This document shows, piece after piece, positions 32,716-43,873 of a stretch of DNA of 64,000 nucleotides. The translations under genes and the position numbers were made by a program. The stretch spans positions 173,428 to 237,427 of the forward strand of contig JAWLHK010000003.1 of the NCBI GenBank assembly GCA_041690355.1, given 5' to 3'. Within the stretch, counting starts at the first letter, position 1. Each line of letters opens with the position of its first letter. Source of the DNA: a bacterium (GTDB lineage Bacteria; J088; JAWLBW01). The notes beneath the pieces are model-generated. The model searched no databases. It saw nothing but the letters and a program-made list of their open reading frames with translations, and had not been told where the DNA came from.

Positions 32716-34170
32716 CTAGAAGAGGCCCACGATGCTGCGGGTCGCAATCTCGAGCAGCCGTCCCGGAAGCACCCCGAAGACGACGACCCCGACCGAGCAC
32801 AGCGCGACGCCGACCTGAACCGGAACACCGGCCAGAACGGGGCGCTCGCCGGCGATCCCTTCGCGCATGTACATGGCGACCAGAACGCGCAGGTAGTAGT
32901 ACACGCCGATGGCAGACGCGATCATGCCGACGACGGCAAGATTCACGAGCCCGCGATCGATGGCCTCCTTGAAGATGAAGAACTTGCCCACGAATCCGGC
33001 CGTCGGGGGAATTCCGGCCAGGCTGACCATGAACAGGGCCATGGCCGCCGCGAGCACCGGGTGCCGCGAAGCAAGCCCCGACCAGCTCTCGATGGCCTCG
33101 GCGTCTTCGCCCTTGCGGCTGATGGCGGCCATCACGGCGAATGCGCCGGCGTTCGAGAGGGCATAGACCAGCAGGTAGAAGAGCATGGCCGAGATTGCGC
33201 CCTCCGATCCCGTCGCCAGGGCCACGAGCAGGTACCCGGCGTGGGCGATGCTCGAATAGGCCAGCATGCGCTTCAGGTTGCTCTGCACGACCGCGAGTAC
33301 ATTGCCGACGACCATGGTCACGGCGGCGAGGGTCCACAGCAGCGGATAGATGACGTCCGAGGCATCGGCAAACGTGAACGAGAGCAGCCGGGCGAGGGCG
33401 ATGAAGGCGGTCGCCTTGACGGCGGCGCTCATGAAGCTCGTCACCGTGACCGGCGCGCCTTCGTAGACGTCGGGGGTCCACATGTGAAAGGGAACGGCGC
33501 TGACTTTGAAGGCGAGCGCGGCCAGCACCAGCACGAGTCCGAGCGACAGGTAGAGGCTGCCCGTCAGACCCTGCTCGGCAAGCACGGCCTTGATGACCGA
33601 ATACTCCGTGCTCCCCGTGGCGCCGTAGAGCAGCGCAGAACCGTAGAGCAGCAGGGCCGACGCGAAGGCGCCGAGAATGAAATATTTGAAAGCGCTCTCG
33701 CCGCTGCGGGCGCTGGCGCGGTTGAACCCGGCCAGGGCGTAGACCGGAATCGACATGAGCTCGAGTCCGAGAAACAGCATGACCAGGTCACTCGCGCTCA
33801 TCATCAGGGCCATGCCGCTGAGCGAGGCCAGAAAGAGGACGTAGAATTCCCCTTTGCGCATGCGGTGGTTCGCCAGGTCGCGATGGCCGGTCAGCAGCGT
33901 CACGAGCGCAGCCGCGCAGACGATGACCTCGCCGAAGGCCGCCAGGGCATCATGGGTCAGCATGCCCGAGAATCCCGTGCGGGTGGCCGAAGACAACGCC
34001 ATGGCGGCGAGCCCCGCGGCGCCGACCCCGAGCATCGTCAGCCACGTGAAGGGGCTCTCGGTCTCTTCGTCGGTAAACGCGTCGACCAGCATGACGATGA
34101 TCGCCATGCTTACCAGGATGGCGGCGGGGGCCAGCGCGGCGAAGTTCAGATTCAGGTCGGCAGGATTCAT
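32716..34170 (-). CDS. nuoN: NADH-quinone oxidoreductase subunit N
   Basis: FKVSAVPFHMWTPDVYEGAP, KRMLAYSSIAHAGY, SLAGIPPTAGF. Confidence 0.96.
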   Translation of the reverse strand: MNPADLNLNFAALAPAAILVSMAIIVMLVDAFTDEETESPFTWLTMLGVGAAGLAAMALSSATRTGFSGMLTHDALAAFGEVIVCAAALVTLLTGHRDLANHRMRKGEFYVLFLASLSGMALMMSASDLVMLFLGLELMSIPVYALAGFNRASARSGESAFKYFILGAFASALLLYGSALLYGATGSTEYSVIKAVLAEQGLTGSLYLSLGLVLVLAALAFKVSAVPFHMWTPDVYEGAPVTVTSFMSAAVKATAFIALARLLSFTFADASDVIYPLLWTLAAVTMVVGNVLAVVQSNLKRMLAYSSIAHAGYLLVALATGSEGAISAMLFYLLVYALSNAGAFAVMAAISRKGEDAEAIESWSGLASRHPVLAAAMALFMVSLAGIPPTAGFVGKFFIFKEAIDRGLVNLAVVGMIASAIGVYYYLRVLVAMYMREGIAGERPVLAGVPVQVGVALCSVGVVVFGVLPGRLLEIATRSIVGLF

Positions 34171-35768
34171 TGGACTTTCCCTCCCTGCGCCGGCTGCATG
34201 CGCTCAGCGGCGAGGACTCTGGCCGGCGGTTCGACCTCGGCCCGCATGCGGCTCTTGCCGGTCGACTGCTGGACGACTTTGCGCACGGCGCCGTCCATGC
34301 GCTGCATGAGCGGATTCGGAGCGAGGCCGATCCAGAAGATGCCCACGATGAGCGGCGCCATGACGACCAGCTCGCGCAGGTTCATGTCTTTCATGCCCTG
34401 ATTCTTCGGGTTCTTGTTCGGCCCGAACATGACGCGCTGGTACATCCACAGCATGTAGACGGCGGCCAGAATGACGCCGCTCGTCGCCAGAACCGGAATC
34501 AGGAAGTGCGTCAGCGAACCCGTGCGCTGGAAGGTGGCGGCGGCATTCTTGAAGGATCCCAGGAGAATCAGGAATTCACCCACGAATCCGTTCAGACCGG
34601 GCAGCCCGATCGAGCTCATCGTGATAATGAGAAAAACGACTGCGAAGACCGGAATCTGGCCTGCCAGACCGCCGAAGTCCTTGATCAGGCGCGTATGGCG
34701 GCGCTCGTAGATGACGCCGATGGCAAGAAAGAGGGCGCCGGTCGAGAAGCCGTGGTTGACCATCTGCAGGACGGCGCCGCTCACCGCTTCTTCATTCAGC
34801 GAGAAGAGGCCCAGCATGACAAATCCGAGGTGGCTCACCGACGAATAGGCCACGAGTTTCTTCATGTCGGGCTGCACCATGGCCACGAGCGCGCCGTAGA
34901 TGATGCCGATGACCGCCAGCACCATCATGACCGGCGCGGCCGCCTGTACGGCGTCGGGAAAATAGGGCATGGCGAAACGGATGAATCCGTAGGTGCCCAT
35001 CTTCAGCAGGATGGCCGCCAGGATGACCGAACCCGGCGTCGGCGCTTCGACGTGCGCGTCGGGAAGCCACGTATGCACGGGAAAAAGCGGCACCTTGACG
35101 GCGAAAGCCAGCGCGAAGGCCGCAAAGAGCCAGAGCTGCGTCTGGAGCGGGAAGTTCAGGCGGAAGAGTTCGCCGTACTCGAACGTCATGTAGCCGAACT
35201 GCGCGGCATGCTGGGTCGCCATGTACAGGATGGCCACCAGCATGAGCAGGCTGCCGACCATCGTGTAGATGAAGAACTTCATCGTGGCATACAGCCTGCG
35301 CTCGCCCCCCCAGACCCCGATGATGAGGTACATGGGGATGAGCATCGCTTCCCAGAACATGTAGAAAAGGAACAGGTTCAGCGAGACGAAAGCGCCGATC
35401 ATGGCCGTCTCGAGCACGAGCAGCAGGATGACGAACTCCTTGACCCGCTTCTCGATGGCGTTCCACGCCCCCAGAAAGACGATCGGCGTCATGAAGGTCG
35501 TCAGCACGACCAGCAGCATCGAGATGCCGTCGACCCCCACGTGGTAGTTGATTCCCCAGGCGTCAATCCAGTCGGCCCGGTCGACATAGGAGAAGTCGGC
35601 ACCGCGCGCGCCGAAGAACAGGGGGAGCGAGGCTGCGAAGGTCAGCAGCGAGGCTACGATGGCGCCCCCTTTGAGCAACGCTTCCTGCTCCCGCTGAACG
35701 AACAGCAGAACGAGCGCGCCCAGCACGGGCAGAAAGGTGACGACGGTGAGCAACGGAAACTCGGTCAT
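34167..35768 (-). CDS. nuoM: NADH-quinone oxidoreductase subunit M
   Basis: FWEAMLIPMY, HTWLPDAHVEAPT, LLKMGTYG; start placed at MTEFPL. Confidence 0.96.
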   Translation of the reverse strand: MTEFPLLTVVTFLPVLGALVLLFVQREQEALLKGGAIVASLLTFAASLPLFFGARGADFSYVDRADWIDAWGINYHVGVDGISMLLVVLTTFMTPIVFLGAWNAIEKRVKEFVILLLVLETAMIGAFVSLNLFLFYMFWEAMLIPMYLIIGVWGGERRLYATMKFFIYTMVGSLLMLVAILYMATQHAAQFGYMTFEYGELFRLNFPLQTQLWLFAAFALAFAVKVPLFPVHTWLPDAHVEAPTPGSVILAAILLKMGTYGFIRFAMPYFPDAVQAAAPVMMVLAVIGIIYGALVAMVQPDMKKLVAYSSVSHLGFVMLGLFSLNEEAVSGAVLQMVNHGFSTGALFLAIGVIYERRHTRLIKDFGGLAGQIPVFAVVFLIITMSSIGLPGLNGFVGEFLILLGSFKNAAATFQRTGSLTHFLIPVLATSGVILAAVYMLWMYQRVMFGPNKNPKNQGMKDMNLRELVVMAPLIVGIFWIGLAPNPLMQRMDGAVRKVVQQSTGKSRMRAEVEPPARVLAAERMQPAQGGKVQ

Positions 35769-35770
35769 GT

Positions 35771-37753
35771 TCAGCTCCACCATCCGTAAATGAAGTACCC
35801 GATCGTGAGCAGCGTGCCCACGATGAGTGAAACCGCGTAGGCCTGCACGTCGCCGGTCTGAAAGCGCCGGCCGACCTGGGCCAGAAACTGCGTCGCCTTG
35901 GCAGCCCCGTTGACGAGACCGTCGATGGCGATGACGTCGACAAAGCGCCACAGGAAGTACAGCGACGTGTAATAGATCGGCTTGACGATCCCGTAGCTGT
36001 AGATCTCATCCACGTAGTACTTGTCGAGCAGGACACGATGCGGGATGCCGCGCCCGAAACCGGCCAGACGCTCGGCCATCCGCGGACGTACGGCGTAGAG
36101 GAACCAGGCAGAGCCGATGCCGACGAGCGCGACAATCACCGAGGTCAGGATCAGCGCGCCTTCCATCGCCGTGGCGCCCGGCCGCAGAGTACCCGGATCG
36201 GTGATGAGCACGGGGGCCAGCCAGTGGTGCAGGAACTCGATGGGGGCGAAGAACGTGAACGCCAGCGTCGGCACGAAGTGGGTCATCCCCTCGGGCACGT
36301 TGAAATAGCCGCCGACCAGCGAGAAGAACGCGAGCACGATCAGGGGCACGGTGATCGTCCAGGGGCTCTCGTGCAGGTGCGACTTCGTGTGCTCGTCGGC
36401 GCGGCAGTCGCCCAGAAACGTCAGGATGACCAGGCGGGTCATGTAGAAGGCCGTGCACAGCGCCGCGGCGCTGACGACCGCCCACAGCGCGGTTCCGCCA
36501 AGCCCCGAACCGTAGGCGCGGAAGAGGATTTCGTCCTTCGAGAAGAATCCCGAAAACGGGGGGATACCGGCGATGGCCAGGGTCGCGACCACGAAGGTCA
36601 CATACGTGATCGGCATCCATTTGCGCAGGCCGCCCATGCGCCGGATGTCCTGCTCGCCCCCCATGGCGTGAATGACCGAGCCGGAGCCCAGAAAGAGGGT
36701 GGCCTTGAAGAAGGCGTGCGTCATGAGATGGAAAATGCCGGCCGTCCAGGCGCCGACCCCCATCGCGACGAACATGAAGCCGAGCTGGCTCACGGTCGAG
36801 TAGGCAAGCACCTTCTTGATGTCGCGCTGTACGAGGCCGATCGTCGCAGCGAAGAGCGCCGTCAGCGCACCGACCCAGGCGATGATGCCGAGGGCGGTCG
36901 GCGACGAGGCGAAGATGAAGTTCAGGCGCGCGATCATGTAGACGCCGGCCGTGACCATGGTCGCGGCGTGGATGAGGGCCGAGACGGGCGTCGGGCCGGC
37001 CATGGCGTCGGGCAGCCAGACATAGAGCGGGATCTGCGCGCTCTTACCCGTGGCGCCGATGAAGAGCAGCATCGCGATGGCGAAGAAGACCCAGCTCGGG
37101 ATGCGCGTACCGTAGTTGAGCGCGATCGCCTGAATGCCGTCGAAGTCGAAGGTGCGAAAGATGTAGAAGATCAGGAACGTGCCGAGCAGAAACCCGAAAT
37201 CGCCCACGCGGTTCACGATGAACGCCTTCTTGCCGGCGTCGGCGTTGGCGTTGTCCTTGAACCAGAAGCCGATGAGCAGGTACGAGCAGAGCCCCACCCC
37301 TTCCCAGCCGACGAACATGAGAATCATGTTCCCCCCGAGCACGAGGAGAAGCATGGAGAACACGAACAGGTTCAGGTAGGCGAAGTAGCGGTAGTAACTT
37401 TCGTCCTCCCGCATGTACCCGATCGAATACAAGTGGATGAAGAACCCGATGCCGGTGATGATCAGGGCCATGACCGAGCTGAGCGGGTCGAGAACGAACG
37501 AGACGTCGATCTGCAGCCCGAAAACCCCCAGCCACGTATACACGACGTCGACGAACCGGCGGCTCTGCTCGTCGAAACCCGACAGCAGCCACACGTGAAC
37601 GGCCACGGTGACGAACGAGGCCAGCAGAACGCCGGGCCCCACGATGCTGACCACCGTCTTCGGGAGCCGCTTGCCGAGCAGCCCGTTGAAGAGCGCGCCC
37701 AGAAGCGGGAAGAAGGGAATCAGCCAGAGTGATGAAACGGGAATGGAATTCAT
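35771..37753 (-). CDS. nuoL: NADH-quinone oxidoreductase subunit L
   Basis: GWEGVGLCSYLLIGFW, GKSAQIPLYVWLPDAMAGPTPVSALIHAATMV. Confidence 0.97.
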   Translation of the reverse strand: MNSIPVSSLWLIPFFPLLGALFNGLLGKRLPKTVVSIVGPGVLLASFVTVAVHVWLLSGFDEQSRRFVDVVYTWLGVFGLQIDVSFVLDPLSSVMALIITGIGFFIHLYSIGYMREDESYYRYFAYLNLFVFSMLLLVLGGNMILMFVGWEGVGLCSYLLIGFWFKDNANADAGKKAFIVNRVGDFGFLLGTFLIFYIFRTFDFDGIQAIALNYGTRIPSWVFFAIAMLLFIGATGKSAQIPLYVWLPDAMAGPTPVSALIHAATMVTAGVYMIARLNFIFASSPTALGIIAWVGALTALFAATIGLVQRDIKKVLAYSTVSQLGFMFVAMGVGAWTAGIFHLMTHAFFKATLFLGSGSVIHAMGGEQDIRRMGGLRKWMPITYVTFVVATLAIAGIPPFSGFFSKDEILFRAYGSGLGGTALWAVVSAAALCTAFYMTRLVILTFLGDCRADEHTKSHLHESPWTITVPLIVLAFFSLVGGYFNVPEGMTHFVPTLAFTFFAPIEFLHHWLAPVLITDPGTLRPGATAMEGALILTSVIVALVGIGSAWFLYAVRPRMAERLAGFGRGIPHRVLLDKYYVDEIYSYGIVKPIYYTSLYFLWRFVDVIAIDGLVNGAAKATQFLAQVGRRFQTGDVQAYAVSLIVGTLLTIGYFIYGWWS

Positions 37754-37757
37754 CCGG

Positions 37758-38060
37758 CTACCACTTGAGAATCGTGTAGTCGTCGCTGTTCACCGACTCA
37801 CGGCGGCGGAACAGGCTCACGATGATGGCGAGCCCGACGGCAACCTCGGCGGCGGCGACGGTCATGATAATGAATACGAACCCCTGCCCTTCCATGTCGC
37901 CGCTGTAGCGGCTGAACGTGATGAAGGCGAGATTCACGGCGTTCAACATGAGCTCGACGCTCATGAGCAGCACGATGATGTTGCGCCGGGTCAGAACACC
38001 GAGCGCTCCAATCGCGAACAGAATCGCGCTCAGCGCGATGAGATGAGGCAAAGGTACCAT
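37758..38060 (-). CDS. nuoK: NADH-quinone oxidoreductase subunit K
   Basis: [23 protein letters not shown]. Confidence 0.96.
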   Translation of the reverse strand: MVPLPHLIALSAILFAIGALGVLTRRNIIVLLMSVELMLNAVNLAFITFSRYSGDMEGQGFVFIIMTVAAAEVAVGLAIIVSLFRRRESVNSDDYTILKW

Positions 38061-38066
38061 AATTTC

Positions 38067-38651
38067 TCAGCGCTTGATCAGACGGGGGTGAACAGAACTT
38101 TCGGTGTCGAGCGGCGTCGGGTGTTCGCTGACCGCCGACTTGCCCTTGCGCGGCTTTCCGGCCGGACGGGCCAGCCAGACGGCGGCGACCATGCCGGCCA
38201 GCAGCAGAATCGCTACGACTTCGAAGGGGAGCAGGTAGCGCCCGAAGAGCACCTCGGCGACGCCGGCCATGTTGCCGTAGGTCTCGCCGACCGGCATCGG
38301 CTTGATCGACGCGCCGCGCAGCGTGGCCATGACCATCTGGACGAGCAGAAGACCGCCGGCGAGCACGCCGATGCCGCGGGCGACGTTGAAGCGCCGCTTG
38401 ATGTCTTCTTCGCCGATGTCCATGAGCATGATCGTGTAGATGATGAGCACCTGGATAAGCCCGGTGTACACGATGAGCTGAATCAACGCGAGAAAGTGCG
38501 CATCGAGCGCGGCGAAGATGCCGGCGAGCGCAATGAAGGTCACGGCCAGGCTCAGCGACGCCGTAATCGGGTTGCGCTGCACCAGCATGCCCAAGGCGCC
38601 GACGATGGCCACGGCGCCGAACAGGTAAATGAAAAAACTCACCAGGCTCAT
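38067..38651 (-). CDS. nuoJ: NADH-quinone oxidoreductase subunit J
   Basis: QLIVYTG, YLLPFEVVAILLL; start placed at MSLVSFF (ATGA overlap with nuoI). Confidence 0.92.
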   Translation of the reverse strand: MSLVSFFIYLFGAVAIVGALGMLVQRNPITASLSLAVTFIALAGIFAALDAHFLALIQLIVYTGLIQVLIIYTIMLMDIGEEDIKRRFNVARGIGVLAGGLLLVQMVMATLRGASIKPMPVGETYGNMAGVAEVLFGRYLLPFEVVAILLLAGMVAAVWLARPAGKPRKGKSAVSEHPTPLDTESSVHPRLIKR

Positions 38652-39289
38652 TTCTTGTCGCCCTCCGGCTTGGCAAAAGAAGCCAGCTTCGGCATCTCGT
38701 CGGCCGCCGCCTGCTGCTGGTTCCACGTCAGGAGAAATTCCTTGTCGTAGATCTTTCGGCGGTCGTAGAGCGCAAGATGGTAATCGGTGGTCAGCCGGAT
38801 GGCGTCCTTCGGGCAGGCCTCTTCGCACATGCCGCAGAAGATGCAGCGCGAGACGTCGATGTCGAAGCGCACCGGGTATTTTTCGACGGCCGGATCGGGG
38901 TGCTCGCCGGCGACGATGTGAATGCATTCCGCCGGGCAGGCCTGAGCGCACATGTAACAGGCCACGCAGCGCGGCGAGCCGTCTTCGCGCTGCATGAGCA
39001 CGTGCTTGCCGCGCGACCTCGGCGAAACGGGGCGCACTTCTTCAGGGTACTGGTAGGTAACCGCGCCCTTCTTGCCCGTGACCCACTTGGCCATGTTCCG
39101 AAAGAAGTGGCCACCCGTGATCGCCAGTCCCTTGACGATTTCGGGCAGGTAGAGTTTTTCCCAGAACCCGAGCTCGGTCGGGTTTTCGAGATCGAGAAAC
39201 TTCCAGTCGGGCCTGGGCGGCTGCGATGCGGCCGGCGCGTGCCCGTGGCCGCCGTGTCCGTGAGCGTCGTGATCGTGTCCGTGACCCAT
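38648..39289 (-). CDS. nuoI: NADH-quinone oxidoreductase subunit I with His-rich N-terminus
   Basis: CVACYMCAQACP and CIFCGMCEEACP 4Fe-4S motifs; start placed at MGHGHDH. Confidence 0.95.
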   Translation of the reverse strand: MGHGHDHDAHGHGGHGHAPAASQPPRPDWKFLDLENPTELGFWEKLYLPEIVKGLAITGGHFFRNMAKWVTGKKGAVTYQYPEEVRPVSPRSRGKHVLMQREDGSPRCVACYMCAQACPAECIHIVAGEHPDPAVEKYPVRFDIDVSRCIFCGMCEEACPKDAIRLTTDYHLALYDRRKIYDKEFLLTWNQQQAAADEMPKLASFAKPEGDKK

Positions 39290-39291
39290 GG

Positions 39292-40386
39292 TTACACCAG
39301 AACGAAGAAGGCCGTAAGTAGAGTGTTGGCGATGGCCAGCGGCAGAAGAATCTTCCACCCGAGAGCCATGACCTGGTCGTAGCGGAACCGCGGCAGCGTC
39401 CAGCGGATGGCCATGAGCAGCCAGACGAAGGCCACGACCTTGAACGCGAAGGCGCCCATGCGCAGCAGAAAGACCGGCACCGCGCCGAGGGCGACGCTCG
39501 CCCCGCCCGGAAACACGAATCCGCCGTCGGTAAGCCATGGAAACTGCCAGCCGCCGAAGAACAGAATGGCGATCATGGCGGCCAGGATGAGCGTCTCGAT
39601 GAACTCGGCGAGCAGGAACACGCCGAACTTCATGCCCGAGTACTCGACGTTGTAGCCGATGATTTCGCTCTCGCCCTCGGGAACGTCGAAGGGGACGCGC
39701 TTGGTCTCGGCCATGGCCGCCGTGAAGAAAAGGATGAATCCGAGCGGCTGAAAGAAAATGCCCCAGGGGGGGAGAAAGCCGAAGAGCAGCTCGCCCCCCT
39801 GCTGGTCGATGATGCGGCTCAGGCTGGCCGTGCCGAAGACCATGAGCAGGCCGATGACGCTGAAGCCGAGCGCGACTTCGTAAGCGATGAGCTGATTCGA
39901 GGCGCGCAGGGCACCCAGCAGGGCGTACTTGTTGTTGCTTGCCCAGCCGCCGATGATGGCGCTGTAGATGCCGGCGCCGGCAATCGCGAAGACGAAAAGC
40001 AGACCGGCGTCGAGCTCGGCGATCTGCAGGGGAATCTCGCGGTCGAACAGCGTGATCGGGGGCCCGAACGGTATCACGGCCACGACCATCAGGGCCGGCA
40101 CCAGCGCCAGATAGGGTGCGAGATTGAAGAGGAACTTGTTGGCGCCCGCGGGGCGGAAGTCCTCTTTGAGAATCATCTTCACGCCATCGGTGATCCCGTG
40201 CAGCAGTCCGAGCGCGCGAATCTCGCGGCCGAAAATGCGAATGCTCGCGCGGTTGGCGCCGACGCGGTCCTGCATGACCGCGCTCTGCTTTCGCTCGACC
40301 CAGGTCATGAGACCACCCAGGTTGAGGATGAGAAAGATCACGAGGCCGATTTTGACGAGGGTCGCGGCCAGTAAAACGGGATCCAC
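39292..40386 (-). CDS. nuoH: NADH-quinone oxidoreductase subunit H
   Basis: WVERK..QDRVGAN, AETKRVPFD, LPRFRYDQ; GTG start. Confidence 0.96.
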   Translation of the reverse strand: MDPVLLAATLVKIGLVIFLILNLGGLMTWVERKQSAVMQDRVGANRASIRIFGREIRALGLLHGITDGVKMILKEDFRPAGANKFLFNLAPYLALVPALMVVAVIPFGPPITLFDREIPLQIAELDAGLLFVFAIAGAGIYSAIIGGWASNNKYALLGALRASNQLIAYEVALGFSVIGLLMVFGTASLSRIIDQQGGELLFGFLPPWGIFFQPLGFILFFTAAMAETKRVPFDVPEGESEIIGYNVEYSGMKFGVFLLAEFIETLILAAMIAILFFGGWQFPWLTDGGFVFPGGASVALGAVPVFLLRMGAFAFKVVAFVWLLMAIRWTLPRFRYDQVMALGWKILLPLAIANTLLTAFFVLV

Positions 40387-40395
40387 AGCTACACC

Positions 40396-41988
40396 TCAGC
40401 TCGCGAGAACGGGAACGGATTCAATCTTGACGCCGGTTTCGCCCAGGCCGCGGAAGTCGAGTCCCGCGAGTCCCGGAATCTTCTGTGCAGCCTCCTGGAA
40501 GGCGGCCTCGGCTCCTGCAGGCGCCGCCGCGCCGAAGCGCCGCAGCAGCTCGGCAAACACGTCGACTTCGTCGCGCACGTCGCCGCGGGCACGCACCGCG
40601 CGGCCGAAGTGCTGCACGACGCCGGCGAAGTTCGTGAAGGTGCCCTCTTTCTCGGCCCAGACGGTGGTCGGAAGCACGAGGTCGGCCCGGTGCGCGGGCT
40701 CATGCGCTCCGATGTGCACGACCAGTTCGACCTTCTCGAGCAGGGCGGGCGCGCGATCGCCGAGCACCCGGTCGAATCCCCGCCCCCAGACGACGAGCAC
40801 CTTGACCTTGCCCCCCTCAATGGCCTTCACGAGTGCCGACGCATCGGTGTCGAGGTTGCCGAAGACGCGCAGGCCGGTCGTGTTCGGATTCTTATCGGCC
40901 TTGATCAGGATCTCGTCTTCGACCACCTGATAGCCCTCGCTGCCGATGTCGGACTTGCCTGCTACCATGCGCGTGCCGATGGCGTCGCGAAACAGGCGCG
41001 AGAAGAGGTGGATCTCTTCGTTCGAACCCTGGTTGGAGCCCACGGCCGCGATCGCGTCGGCGCCGTGTTCGTTCACGGTCCGGCGCAGCGCCGCATAGAG
41101 CGCGTCGAGCGCGTCGTCCCAGCCGGTCTCACGCACGTCGGCCCCCTTGCGGGTCGACGGGGCGAGCAGGCGGTTCGGGCCCAGCTCGCGTTTGAACACG
41201 AAGCGCCCGTCGTCGCACATCCAGTACTGGTTGACCTGCTCGTTGTCGCGGGGGAGCGTCCGGTAGATCGTGTTCCCGTTCTCCGACAACTTCGTCGAAC
41301 AGCCCCGCGAGCACCCGGTACAGACGCTCTCGTGGTCGGTGAGGTACCAGGCGCGCATCTTGAAGCGGAAGTCGCGGTTCGTCAGCGCGCCCACCGGGCA
41401 GATGTCGGCCACGTTGATGGAATAGGGGTTGTTCAGCTCGGTGCCGGCCGCGAGCCCGACGTAATAGTTGTCGCCGCGTTCAAAGATGCCGAGTTCCTTG
41501 CTGCCGCTGATCTCGTCGCAGAAGCGCACGCAGCGCGAGCAGGCGATGCAGCGTTCGGCATCGTAAACCACGTATGGCCCGATGGGCAGCGCCTTCACGC
41601 GGCGGGTCTTGCGATCGACCATGCGGCTGGGCTTGAGGTCGTACTGCATGTAGTAATCCTGCAGCTTGCACTCGCCGGCCTGATCGCAGACCGGGCAATC
41701 CAGCGGATGATTGGCGAACAGGAATTCCTGCACACCCTGGCGCGCCTTCTTGACCTTGTCGCTCTGCGTGTGCACGACCATGTTGTCGGAACATACCGTG
41801 TTGCAGGCAATCTGCAGCTTCGGCATCTTCTCGATTTCAACCAGGCACATGCGGCAGTTACCGGCAATCGAAAGCCCCGGATGCCAGCAGTAGAAGGGAA
41901 CGTCGATTCCCGCGCCGTGCGCGGCCTTGATGACCGTCGTGCCGGCTTCGACCGTAACCTGTTTTCCGTCGATGGTTAACGTGGGCAT
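40396..41988 (-). CDS. nuoG: NADH-quinone oxidoreductase subunit G (short, 530 aa)
   Basis: CWHP..GNCRMC, HPLDCPVCDQAGEC, CIACSRC..CPVGAL, CTGCSRGC..WMCD. Confidence 0.92.
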   Translation of the reverse strand: MPTLTIDGKQVTVEAGTTVIKAAHGAGIDVPFYCWHPGLSIAGNCRMCLVEIEKMPKLQIACNTVCSDNMVVHTQSDKVKKARQGVQEFLFANHPLDCPVCDQAGECKLQDYYMQYDLKPSRMVDRKTRRVKALPIGPYVVYDAERCIACSRCVRFCDEISGSKELGIFERGDNYYVGLAAGTELNNPYSINVADICPVGALTNRDFRFKMRAWYLTDHESVCTGCSRGCSTKLSENGNTIYRTLPRDNEQVNQYWMCDDGRFVFKRELGPNRLLAPSTRKGADVRETGWDDALDALYAALRRTVNEHGADAIAAVGSNQGSNEEIHLFSRLFRDAIGTRMVAGKSDIGSEGYQVVEDEILIKADKNPNTTGLRVFGNLDTDASALVKAIEGGKVKVLVVWGRGFDRVLGDRAPALLEKVELVVHIGAHEPAHRADLVLPTTVWAEKEGTFTNFAGVVQHFGRAVRARGDVRDEVDVFAELLRRFGAAAPAGAEAAFQEAAQKIPGLAGLDFRGLGETGVKIESVPVLAS

Positions 41989-42005
41989 AGGCTCTGTAAC
42001 CTCAC

Positions 42006-43309
<1,304 letters not shown>

Positions 43310-43310
<1 letters not shown>

Positions 43311-43867
43311 CAGTGGCCCCCGAGAGAATGCGTGGTGAGCGGCGTCATCTGCGCCGCCTGCCGAACCGGACGCTTGCGCAGCTCGTCGAGAATCTCGTCG
43401 ATGCGCTTCTCCGTCAGGTTTTCGTAATAGGCGTTGAGCGAGTAGTCGCGGGCCGTGACCTGGAACATCGGCGCGGTGCCGCACGAAGCCAGGCACTCTA
43501 CGGCGACGAGCGTGAACTTGCCGTCGGCCGTGGTTTCACCCAGGTGCACGTTCAGTTTGCCTTCGAGGTAGCGAATGACGCTCTCGGCGCCGCGCAGGGC
43601 ACAGGAAAGCGTCTGGCAGACCTGAATGATGTAGTCGCCCACCGGCTTACGGTTGTAGAGCGAGTAAAAGGTCGCGACTTCCTGCACCAGCGACGGAGCG
43701 ACGTCGAGCGTCTTCGCCACCAGGTGGATGACTTCGTCGCTCACGTATCCGAATTCGGCCTGCGCCAGGTGCAGGGCCGGAAGCAGTACGGCCTGCTTGT
43801 TCGGATACTTGGTGACGAGGTCGGCGATTTCAGCCTTGCGGGCTTCTGAAAATTCAAGAACGTTCAT
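43310..43867 (-). CDS. nuoE: NADH-quinone oxidoreductase subunit E
   Basis: VATFY, CQTLSC and ECLASC 2Fe-2S ligands. Confidence 0.95.
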
Positions 43868-43873
43868 GGTCGA

